Source: a virus
DNA length: 64,000 nt
IMG/VR virus record: IMGVR_UViG_3300037963_003719
Coordinates: 1 to 64,000 of that record
Direction: 5' to 3' (one strand)
Shown here: positions 1 through 8,500 of the stretch, in pieces
Numbering within the stretch: the first letter of the stretch is position 1
How the letters are laid out: each line of letters opens with the position of its first letter
Position numbers and translations under genes: made by a program
Notes under the pieces: model-generated
Databases searched by the model: none
The model's input: the letters and a program-made list of their open reading frames with translations, nothing else
What the model was told of the DNA's origin: nothing

Positions 1-2
1 CA

Positions 3-1031
3 TCATTAAATCAGAAGCGTGTACATAACATTACGTTAGAGGGGTTACAGTTTGATACTTATGGTAAGATCAACACAGCAGGTGGTATAGAGTATAAGAA
101 CGGTTGTACAACAGTTAGTATGGCATCTATCGTTCGTAGTGAGACATTTACAGTAACATTCAACAGTATGTCTCCCAATATTGCTGGGAGTGCTCCATAT
201 CTGGACGATGATGTTACAGTTACACTAGAGCGAAGCGATGGGACTACTGTAACCGCCACGTCAAGTAGTGGGACCGTTACTATGAGTGCCACTGCACCAC
301 AGACGATTACTATTAAGATTGCAGGGGAGTTTGGGAAAAAACTCTTTCCTGAGGAGACCTGGGAGTATTACTACGAAAAAAATTCCGAATATACGGCAAA
401 TCCTGACCATTTAAACTTTGAGATTCCTATTCCTGAGAGGGGACCAGATCCGAATGATTATTTTGAACCGTATCGTATTGATAAGGACAATAACACTGGG
501 AATAACTTAAATGACCTTAGTCAAGAAGTACCTACTGGTGTATCGTTATTAGGATTCCAGAGTGATAATACAGAACGTATTGCTGGATCAAATCCAGATC
601 CTGAGACAGGATCATTATCACGTGCAGGACATAGGGACGTTATCTTTAATTTTACAGTGACAAGTAGTATTCCTGCATTATCTACAACACCGTGGTCTCT
701 TGCTACATCATTAGCGACGGGATCATATTGTACTAATGGTGGGTCTACGTATTATGTGGAACAAGGTGGTACACCAGGTCAAGGTTCTCTAGGTGATCCG
801 TTAGCAGTACCACCCATACCAGCAACACCTGCTGATAGTGGACCTAGTGGCAGTGGATTCTTTATTGATGAAAGTGGTATGAGGTATAGGTATATTCCAC
901 CACAGGGAACTGTTACTACTGCTGGTGCAGGGTCATGGAGCACTACACTATATGTAATGAATGATTACAGGATTGGTGCAGAACGATTTGAAGAACTATT
1001 AGATGAATCAGAGGCAAGGAGAGTTAAGTAA
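3..1031 (+). CDS. Baseplate-hub-associated structural protein, T4 gp5.1-like (5'-truncated by window edge)
   Basis: The frame of the 120..1031 ORF is open back to nt 3 (SLNQKRVHNITLEG...), so the true start is probably upstream. It is paralogous to the next ORF and lies just before the PAAR gene, as T4 5.1 lies before 5.4. Confidence 0.55.
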   Translation, partial: SLNQKRVHNITLEGLQFDTYGKINTAGGIEYKNGCTTVSMASIVRSETFTVTFNSMSPNIAGSAPYLDDDVTVTLERSDGTTVTATSSSGTVTMSATAPQTITIKIAGEFGKKLFPEETWEYYYEKNSEYTANPDHLNFEIPIPERGPDPNDYFEPYRIDKDNNTGNNLNDLSQEVPTGVSLLGFQSDNTERIAGSNPDPETGSLSRAGHRDVIFNFTVTSSIPALSTTPWSLATSLATGSYCTNGGSTYYVEQGGTPGQGSLGDPLAVPPIPATPADSGPSGSGFFIDESGMRYRYIPPQGTVTTAGAGSWSTTLYVMNDYRIGAERFEELLDESEARRVK

Positions 1032-1777
1032 TGCCAATACCTACCGTTTATACACCAATTCAACCATCACCTAGTATTGTGATGAAACCCATTGTATGGT
1101 TGCCTAATGTTTGGACTGCAGTTATTTGTAATCCTGGACCTCCGATCATTCCAGAGGTGTTTACTGTTACTGTGCCTAGTTTTACACCAGTAACATCACC
1201 TACTGCATATTTTGGTGATCCTGGTCTTACTGTTACATTAACTAGTACTAATGGTGCTAGTGGTAGTGCTACATTGGGTACTGGTGTTGCAACAGCAACA
1301 TGTACGTTCCCTGGTACTATTACCATGACAGTTACAGGTACATATACTGATTATCTGTTCCCTAATAAGGAATATAAGTACCGTAGGGATGTAGTTAGTC
1401 CTACACACCTTCCAGTACCTGTTGTATCGCCTTCTGGGTACACTGCACAGTACGGTACGTTGAACCAGGGGTCTGCTCTTCAGAGAGGTCAATATCTTAA
1501 TCCTATTGGTGGTCTTCCTATTGCAGGTACTCCTGCTACTGGAATGATTACAGAGATTGGCACAACGGATCATATGCAGGCATATTCTCCAGATCCCAAC
1601 TATATGATTATTGTGGAATTCCTAGTAGTCATCACAAGTAGTTGTGGTATTGGCGCTGGTACGTTCCCTATCAAACAAATCGTCTATGATGACAAGGATA
1701 TTGCATCACAGAGGTTTGTTACTGCGGTAAATAGTCAGACAGGTCGTAATCCTTTATTTCCTAAGATATCCCCATGA
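1031..1777 (+). CDS. gp5.1-like structural protein, paralog of the upstream ORF
   Basis: 248 aa, TAATG-coupled to ORF1. Shares FTVT..P, VTL..G..AT..G, P.TIT..G...LFP...Y, PDP...F...TSS and GAG....V..D..I...RF motifs with ORF1. Confidence 0.55.
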   Translation: MPIPTVYTPIQPSPSIVMKPIVWLPNVWTAVICNPGPPIIPEVFTVTVPSFTPVTSPTAYFGDPGLTVTLTSTNGASGSATLGTGVATATCTFPGTITMTVTGTYTDYLFPNKEYKYRRDVVSPTHLPVPVVSPSGYTAQYGTLNQGSALQRGQYLNPIGGLPIAGTPATGMITEIGTTDHMQAYSPDPNYMIIVEFLVVITSSCGIGAGTFPIKQIVYDDKDIASQRFVTAVNSQTGRNPLFPKISP

Positions 1778-2088
1778 GAGGTTGTACATACGTTGGTGCT
1801 CTATCTACAGGGCATATTTGTTATCCACCAACAGCATTGCTAACACCTACGGGTGTTGCACCCCCAGTATTTGTAAATTTCATTTTAGGAGGGCGTTTGG
1901 GAGATTTATTTGCTCCTCATGCGTGTCCTTGTGCAAAATGTCCACCACCACACCTAGTAAGACCGATTTCTTCGGGTCCAGCTAACGTTTATTTCAATTT
2001 TAGACCGCCTGGACGCATCGGAGACATGATTGGATGCGGAGATCGCATCGCTCAAGGGTCATTTAACGTATTTGCAGGCACTTTTTGA
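1774..2088 (+). CDS. PAAR-repeat spike-tip protein (T4 gp5.4-like)
   Basis: 104 aa with STGH.CYPPT, VFVN...GRLGD...PH, NVYFN.RPPGRIGD...CGD.IAQGS.NVF. The His/His/His/Cys metal ligands typical of gp5.4 are present. Confidence 0.9.
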   Translation: MRGCTYVGALSTGHICYPPTALLTPTGVAPPVFVNFILGGRLGDLFAPHACPCAKCPPPHLVRPISSGPANVYFNFRPPGRIGDMIGCGDRIAQGSFNVFAGTF

Positions 2089-2089
2089 C

Positions 2090-2118
2090 TTGACAAAGCG
2101 GAGAATTTCCCTTATAAT
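2090..2118 (+). promoter_or_regulatory. Consensus sigma70 (early) promoter
   Basis: TTGACA (2090-2095), 17-bp spacer, TATAAT (2113-2118), intergenic, 30 nt before ATG 2148. Confidence 0.9.
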
Positions 2119-2147
2119 ACACCTGTTCACGTAAAAACACGCAAATT

Positions 2148-2297
2148 ATGGCAATGCGGTCCAAAATTGGTCTTTCTGGCGCTAACTTCATGCCTGGGAA
2201 ACCAAAATGCACTCGTCAAGGGTCGTCTAAAAACACAAAATACGCTGCAACCTCTCGTAATTCTAAGAAAAAGCGTTATAGAGGTCAAGGACGTTGA
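2148..2297 (+). CDS. Small highly basic protein, 49 aa (not in ORF track)
   Basis: Translated by hand: MAMRSKIGLSGANFMPGKPKCTRQGSSKNTKYAATSRNSKKKRYRGQGR*. Directly follows the sigma70 promoter and resembles a small family I recall from cyanophages (ending KYRGQG). Confidence 0.8.
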   Translation: MAMRSKIGLSGANFMPGKPKCTRQGSSKNTKYAATSRNSKKKRYRGQGR

Positions 2298-2449
2298 GAC
2301 CTGAGACCAGAAAATCCATGGAAATGCTTTGGAGTGCTAAATGGAACCTTCCAAAAGCAGCAGAGCACTGTAATCTTACTCTTAAAGAGATGAAAATTAC
2401 CTTTAATGAGTACTGTCACTTCCATCCACCTACGTATAAAGAAGAATGA
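2294..2449 (+). CDS. Small hypothetical protein, 51 aa, TTG start (not in ORF track)
   Basis: (M)RPETRKSMEMLWSAKWNLPKAAEHCNLTLKEMKITFNEYCHFHPPTYKEE*. It overlaps its neighbours by 4 nt on both sides (TTGA, ATGA). NLPKAAEHCNLT is HTH-like. Confidence 0.75.
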   Translation: MRPETRKSMEMLWSAKWNLPKAAEHCNLTLKEMKITFNEYCHFHPPTYKEE

Positions 2450-3099
2450 GTCAACTAGTCGTCAACTTACCAGCACAAAAGGTCTGGGTTCGTAAGGAAT
2501 ACCTTAGGGATCACGTTGACGGGCACGGCGAATTTGTAGAGGGCGTCTGGGTATCGGCAAAATCGATACCTGGGCGTGCTTTTTATTTTGAGACATACCT
2601 ACCAGAGTATGCTGCAATGTTCGATAAACTGCCCATCAGTGCCTTTGTAAGCGAACCTAAGACCCCTGAGGTAGACCTAGACCTACCTAACCTGCAATTC
2701 TGGAATTGTATGGACTATGGAGTGCGTTGTATTGAGAAACAATTCATCGGTTCTATGGACTTTGTGTGTAGAACTCGTAACTTTGGGGCAATGCCTGGTG
2801 AGTATTTGTTCACATTGGACAACTTCCACCCTGATGTAGACATCATTAACACCAATGTTAGTGAAGTTCCAGAGGAACATAAGTCACATAACTGCATTTT
2901 GTTGGAAAATGGGCAGTTTGCACTGTATCCAAACAACAGAATCAGGATCTTTGACCTGTCTATCACCCCTCAAGAACCCAAAATGCCTGATTTTAAGGTA
3001 TCTACCGAGTATTATCAAGTTGAGCAAGGTATAAGATGGGGTAGATTGGGTGATACTGATGACTATTTTTGGAAAACACCTGAGGAAAAGAGTGAATAA
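2446..3099 (+). CDS. Conserved hypothetical phage protein
   Basis: 217 aa, coupled to the upstream ORF. Motifs VRKEYL, KSIPGRAF.FE, LPISAF, LQ.WNC, EHKS.N, NGQFALYPNNR match a family of unknown function common in marine phages. Confidence 0.8.
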   Translation: MSQLVVNLPAQKVWVRKEYLRDHVDGHGEFVEGVWVSAKSIPGRAFYFETYLPEYAAMFDKLPISAFVSEPKTPEVDLDLPNLQFWNCMDYGVRCIEKQFIGSMDFVCRTRNFGAMPGEYLFTLDNFHPDVDIINTNVSEVPEEHKSHNCILLENGQFALYPNNRIRIFDLSITPQEPKMPDFKVSTEYYQVEQGIRWGRLGDTDDYFWKTPEEKSE

Positions 3100-3102
3100 A
3101 TA
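3095..3102 (+). promoter_or_regulatory. T4-type late promoter
   Basis: AATAAATA overlapping the stop of the 217-aa ORF, upstream of the baseplate operon. Confidence 0.6.
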
Positions 3103-3108
3103 TAATTT

Positions 3109-3161
3109 GGAGATGGTAACCTCTCAAAAAGTTCTACCATGTCCGTTTTTCAGAGGTTACT
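3109..3161 (+). promoter_or_regulatory. Structured 5' leader with two mutually exclusive hairpins
   Basis: GGA-G-ATGGTA (3109-3118) pairs with TACCAT-G-TCC (3135-3144). Alternatively GTAACCTCT-C-AAAAA (3116-3130) pairs with TTTTT-C-AGAGGTTAC (3146-3160), which hides the SD of ATG 3163. Confidence 0.5.
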
Positions 3162-3162
3162 A

Positions 3163-3309
3163 ATGGCAAATTCCCCAATTCCAGACCAGAGCACAGATTT
3201 TCGTAAATCGGGCATGGTCCTGATTACAGATCCGAGAGCAGATTATTACCTTAACAAGAGTAAAAAGGTAAAAAATAAAGAAAAAAAAGAAACGTATCAA
3301 GAATCTTGA
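3163..3309 (+). CDS. Small hypothetical protein, 48 aa (not in ORF track)
   Basis: MANSPIPDQSTDFRKSGMVLITDPRADYYLNKSKKVKNKEKKETYQES*. AGAGG SD upstream; fills the gap before gp25. Confidence 0.7.
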   Translation: MANSPIPDQSTDFRKSGMVLITDPRADYYLNKSKKVKNKEKKETYQES

Positions 3310-3334
3310 TATATAAAGTATAGTAGGTGTCCAA

Positions 3335-3727
3335 ATGGCAGCAATATCCAAAAAATTTGTCGATCTGAACCCTAAATTTAATAAGCATCCCATTAATGGT
3401 GACTTACCAACCATCAAAAATGAGGATGCTATTAAACAGGCAGTTAAGCATATTGTGTTAACTGTTAGAGGTGAGAAAGTATTTCGTCCATTTTTTGGAA
3501 GTTCTATCAATACAGCATTGTTTGAGAACTTTAATCCTGTCCTTGTCGATGATATTGCATTGAGCATTGAAGATGCTCTACTTGCACATGAACCGAGAGT
3601 AAAAGTTGAAGAGGTTGAAGTATTGGAAGACATCGATGCTAACTCTTTAGATATTACTATAAATTACAAAATTGTTGGAATTCCTTTAGATCAGCAATCA
3701 CTTAACCTCGTACTAGAAAGAGTATAA
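3335..3727 (+). CDS. gp25: Baseplate wedge subunit gp25
   Basis: 130 aa with D...KNE.AIKQAV..IVLT.RGEK.FRP.FGS.I...LFE and EPRV, the GPW/gp25 signature. Confidence 0.95.
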   Translation: MAAISKKFVDLNPKFNKHPINGDLPTIKNEDAIKQAVKHIVLTVRGEKVFRPFFGSSINTALFENFNPVLVDDIALSIEDALLAHEPRVKVEEVEVLEDIDANSLDITINYKIVGIPLDQQSLNLVLERV

Positions 3728-5574
3728 TGGCGTTTAATCAAGTAACCAATTTAGATTTTGAGGCGGTCAAGAAAAGTTTAAGAGAATTCTTGCGTTCTTC
3801 TGAAACTTTTACGGACTATAACTTTGAAGGATCAGTTCTTACGCAACTGATCGATCTTTTGGCGTATAATACCTATTACTCTGGATTAAATGCTAATTTA
3901 GTTGCTAATGAAGTATTCTTTGATAGTGCGTCTATCAGAGAGAACGTAGTTTCTCTTGCAAAACTGGTTGGATATACTCCAAGGTCTGCAAAAGCATCAA
4001 AAGCAGTTGTTACTCTTGATATTGTCGTCAATCCACAAACCGCTGCATTGACTTTGAAGAAGGGTAATTCCTTTATTGGTAGCAATGGTGATGGATCCTT
4101 CATCTTTAGTGTCCTGAACGACATTACAAGAGAAGCATACATGGATGCTAATGGTGTTCGTAGAATTACCTTTAGTGAGATGGAGGTATATCAGGGATCA
4201 TTCCTAAACTTACAGTATACTGTTGATACATCAACTAAGCAAAAATTTATTGTACCAAGTGCAGACGCTGATATTGATCTTCTTAATGTAATTCTTGATG
4301 AAGTTGATTTCAACATCCCTCAGAGATACAATAGTGTAAAAAATATTACAGATCTCAATTCAACTGATAGAGTTTACTTTATTCAAGAAAATAAGAACGA
4401 ACAGTTTGAGTTAATTTTCGGTGATGGTGTTTTTGGAAGAAAATTAAAGAACTTAGATGCAATCACTATTGAATATCTTGTTACTAATAAGAAAGCAGCA
4501 AACAAATGTACTGAATTTACTTTTACAGGTAAATTAGAGTACGGTGGACAAACGTTCACACAAACAAACCCAACCGTTACTGTTGTTAGTGAGTCAACAG
4601 GCGGTGCAGAACCAGAAAACATCACTTCAATTAAGTATCTTGCTCCACGTTTCTACTCTGCACAACAAAGAGCAGTTACTGTAAGGGACTATGAGACCTT
4701 AATTAGACAAATCTCACCTAACCTTGAGTCCTTATCTGTATTTGGTGGTGAAGAAGCAGATCCTCCACAGTATGGTAAGGTATTCATCGTTGCAAAACCA
4801 TTTGGAGCAGAAACTCTTACTACTACTGCTAAGCAAAATCTTAAAAAAGACATTAAGGAGTTTTCTATCCTTACAGTCATCCCTGAGGTAATTGATCCGT
4901 CATACCTGTATCTTGATATTGACTCGTTTGTCTACTATGACAATAATAAGTCAAGAAAGAATCAGCAAGAAATTGAAAACGCAGTCAAGAACACTATTGT
5001 TGGATTTGGGGCAACTGATGACCTCAATAGATTCAACGGTAAGTTCAAATACAGTAAATTAGTTGGTAATATTGATGATGCTGATAATGGAATTACATCA
5101 AACATCACTAGGATTCGTTTAAGAAAGAATTTCCCAGTTATCCCTAACGTATTTGCTTCATACGAGGTATGTTATGGAAATAGGATCTCTGAAAACACAG
5201 ATATTATCTCATCTGGGTTTAAAATCACAGGACAAGATTCAACTTACGTATTTTACTTAGAAAAACTTCCAAATACCAATACTATTGCTATTTTCCGTTA
5301 TGATGGAAGTGCTAAGAGATACTTTAGTAAGAATGTAGGTTCTATTGACTATGAAAAAGGGGAAATAAATATTAATGCTATCAATATTAATTCCGTGATC
5401 GGTGATACAGGTTATATTACAGTTTCAGTAGTTCCTAAGTCAAATGACATCATGGCATTGAGAGATTTATATCTTGCTATTGATCCAGCAGGTGTTAATG
5501 TTAGCGTAATCTTAGATGCATTAACATCATCATCTAGAACATCAGGTGTCGGTCAAATTCCAGTATCCAGTTAA
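3727..5574 (+). CDS. gp6: Baseplate wedge subunit gp6
   Basis: LDFE..K..L..FL, FTDYNFEGS, LAYNTYY, RENVVSLAK..GYTPRS, FGDGVFG, QQRAVT..DYE, PPQYGKVFI. Confidence 0.95.
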   Translation: MAFNQVTNLDFEAVKKSLREFLRSSETFTDYNFEGSVLTQLIDLLAYNTYYSGLNANLVANEVFFDSASIRENVVSLAKLVGYTPRSAKASKAVVTLDIVVNPQTAALTLKKGNSFIGSNGDGSFIFSVLNDITREAYMDANGVRRITFSEMEVYQGSFLNLQYTVDTSTKQKFIVPSADADIDLLNVILDEVDFNIPQRYNSVKNITDLNSTDRVYFIQENKNEQFELIFGDGVFGRKLKNLDAITIEYLVTNKKAANKCTEFTFTGKLEYGGQTFTQTNPTVTVVSESTGGAEPENITSIKYLAPRFYSAQQRAVTVRDYETLIRQISPNLESLSVFGGEEADPPQYGKVFIVAKPFGAETLTTTAKQNLKKDIKEFSILTVIPEVIDPSYLYLDIDSFVYYDNNKSRKNQQEIENAVKNTIVGFGATDDLNRFNGKFKYSKLVGNIDDADNGITSNITRIRLRKNFPVIPNVFASYEVCYGNRISENTDIISSGFKITGQDSTYVFYLEKLPNTNTIAIFRYDGSAKRYFSKNVGSIDYEKGEININAININSVIGDTGYITVSVVPKSNDIMALRDLYLAIDPAGVNVSVILDALTSSSRTSGVGQIPVSS

Positions 5575-5576
5575 AC

Positions 5577-8500
5577 ATGTTTAACGATTTAAAAGTATCA
5601 AGTTCTATTATTGGGCAAGTACCGTCATACTACCCAGCAGAATATCCTAATTTTGTCAATTTTTTAAAAGATTACTATAGGTACTTAGAAACCAATGGTA
5701 ATCCTCTTGATCTCCTTAATGGAGTTCAGGATTTAATTGATGTTGACACATATACTGGAATTGATGCTTCAGCACCGTTATTAGTTTCTATTGATGACGA
5801 TGATACTGAAGTAAGTGTTACTGGACACGTAGAATTTCCAAGATCTCAAGGATTATTAAAAATTAATGATGAAGTTATCATCTATAAGAAGAGATCTTTT
5901 AAAACTATTGGTGGTGGAGCTAAAATTACTACCTTTAGTGGTTGTACCAGAGGATTTACTTATAATACTCTGACGTATGAAGATGGTTTTACTTCAAATA
6001 TAGAAACTACTGCTGCAGCACACTCTACACCCGCTACAGTATTTAATCAGTCATATGCATACATCTTATACTTTCTTGAAGAGTTAAGATCAAACTATTT
6101 GATTGATTTTCCATCAAATATATTAACTGATAATATTGGCGATATCAATATTAATCAAATTCTTAAAAATGCGAAAGATTTCTATCTTTCCAAAGGAACT
6201 CCTAATGGAATTGATTTCTATTTCAATTTTCTGTTTCAAAAGAAACCAGAACTTCGTAATTACAAAGAAAATCTTTATGCTCCATCGGAAGCAACGTATC
6301 AGAATAAAAATATTGTAAGATTAGAGAGTTTAGATACTTTTTTTGTTCCAGACCTAGTTGGTAGTAGCATTTTACAAAAGGGTTTGGAATTTCCAGTACA
6401 AACTGCAGAAAATGTGTTCTCATTTGCAAGTCAAGTGTATGAATTTGAGATTTCAAACGGTGAGAAAATTGTACCCACAAACTTTACTGTAATTACAGCA
6501 ATTCCAGAAACTGTAGGTGATGAAAGAAGATTATATGTCGATTCTACCTTTGGATTCCCAGAAACTGGTGTCTTAAGAGTTAACCAGGACTTAATACCTT
6601 ATAGTGGTAAAAGATCTAATTATTTTGAGTGTGATTCTGATTTAGATCAAGTAGTAGATTTATTCCAAGCAACAAATAGTATCTTTTTGTTGTTAGGTGA
6701 TATTGTATATGATAATTCTACTTTAGCGACTGCTAAAAATGATCCTGGATCGTCATTCGTAGTTTATGTTGGAATTTCTGATGTTACTATTGAAACAAAT
6801 AACATCGGTTACCAAACAGGTGATTTAGGATTTGTAAGTAATGTTATTGTTGAAGATAATCTTATTGTAAGTGGTTGGGAGTTTAATGACACACTTCCAC
6901 TGGATTTGAATGAATCACTAGTTGCAGGTGTAACTAAAATTTATACAGATAGTGAATATGTTTATATGCCATATTCAACAGTTCCTTATTATGATATTAC
7001 TTACAATACAAGTAATTCTGTTATTAAAGAGCAAGATATTTTTACAAAGATACCAAAAGTATTTGAACAAAGTAATGAGTTAGATAAAGAAGATATTCCA
7101 GTAAATTTACCTATTGGTGTTCTTAGGGATGGAACTCCTCTTCTAAGTTGGAAGAGTGCGACTACATTAGTCAGAGGTGAACTTGAAAGTGTGAGTATTA
7201 TTGATGGTGGAAGTAATTTTAATGTTAACAACCCACCTGCAGTAAAATTAGATGGTCCTACTAAATTAGACGATAATGATGAGACAGGTGTAACGGCAGA
7301 AGTATCACTTGGTATCAATGGATCTGTAAGAAACGTTTATATCAAAAACAAAGGTGTAGGATATGACCCAGACACATTAATTGTCGTAACAAAAAATCCA
7401 AACAATGATCCTAATGTTCCATTTAGAGATGCTGTTCTTAAACCATTAATTGTAGATGGTAAAATTTCTAAAGTTAGAATTGTAGATCCAGGAACAGGAT
7501 ATACTCATCAACCCACTATTACTATCACACCAGACAATCCACCTGGAGATACCAACGCTGATATTGAAGTTGTTGTAACTGGACCAATTTATAAAGTAAA
7601 CATTGACGAACCTGGTTCTCTGTATACTCAAGATCCAGAATATCAGATTTTGAAAGGTGATGGTGCTGCAGGTCTTGTTAATATTGAAAATGGAAAACTT
7701 TTATCTGTTGATTTGGTAAATGGTGGACAAAATTATAAATCTGCTCCAAAAGTTACTGTTGTTGATAAAACTGGTGGTGGTGTTGGTGCAGAGGTTGTCG
7801 CCACATTTAGTGATACATTAGGAACTGTTACAGGGTTCGTTGTAACCAACTCTGGTTTAAATTACAATCAATTTAACACTTCTATTGTAGTTACAGAAGA
7901 AGGATCTAATGAAATTCTTGAAATGAATGTCCAACGTTGGAATTTACTCAATAACTGGGATTCTGATAATGTTGGTAATTACAATACAACTGATGGTTCA
8001 TTGTTGTTAGATGGTGGTGTTGTTGATGGTAAAACAGAAAAAAGATTTACTATTTTAGGTTCTCCTAAAAAACTAGAAATTGATGGTGAACTTCCAAATC
8101 TTTCTAGAAATCCAAACCCACAACAAGAACACTCACCAATCATCGGATGGGCATTAGATGGATCACCAATCTATGGTCCATATGGTCATGTAGTTGCAAA
8201 TGATGGGTCTTCGGGGGTAACGCCGCTATCATCAGGATATACTAAAATACAGGAAAATTCATTACCAGTAAATTCAATTAGAAGGAGAAATGCCTCTCCA
8301 GGTCTTCTTGGAAATTACCCAATGGGTTCATTTGCTGAAGATTATGTATTTACACAAGCATCTCCAGTAGGACTGGACTCGGAGAATGGTAGATTTTGTG
8401 TTACACCTGAATATCCAAATGGTGTGTATGCATACTTTACAACTATTGATAATATTGATAGAAAGCAAGGATTCCCATTCTTTATTGGACCAAAATTTAA

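Noticed and set aside
3255-3295. A-rich tract as a programmed frameshift site
   Set aside because: It simply encodes the Lys/Glu-rich tail of the 48-aa ORF, and no convincing fusion product or stimulatory structure was evident.
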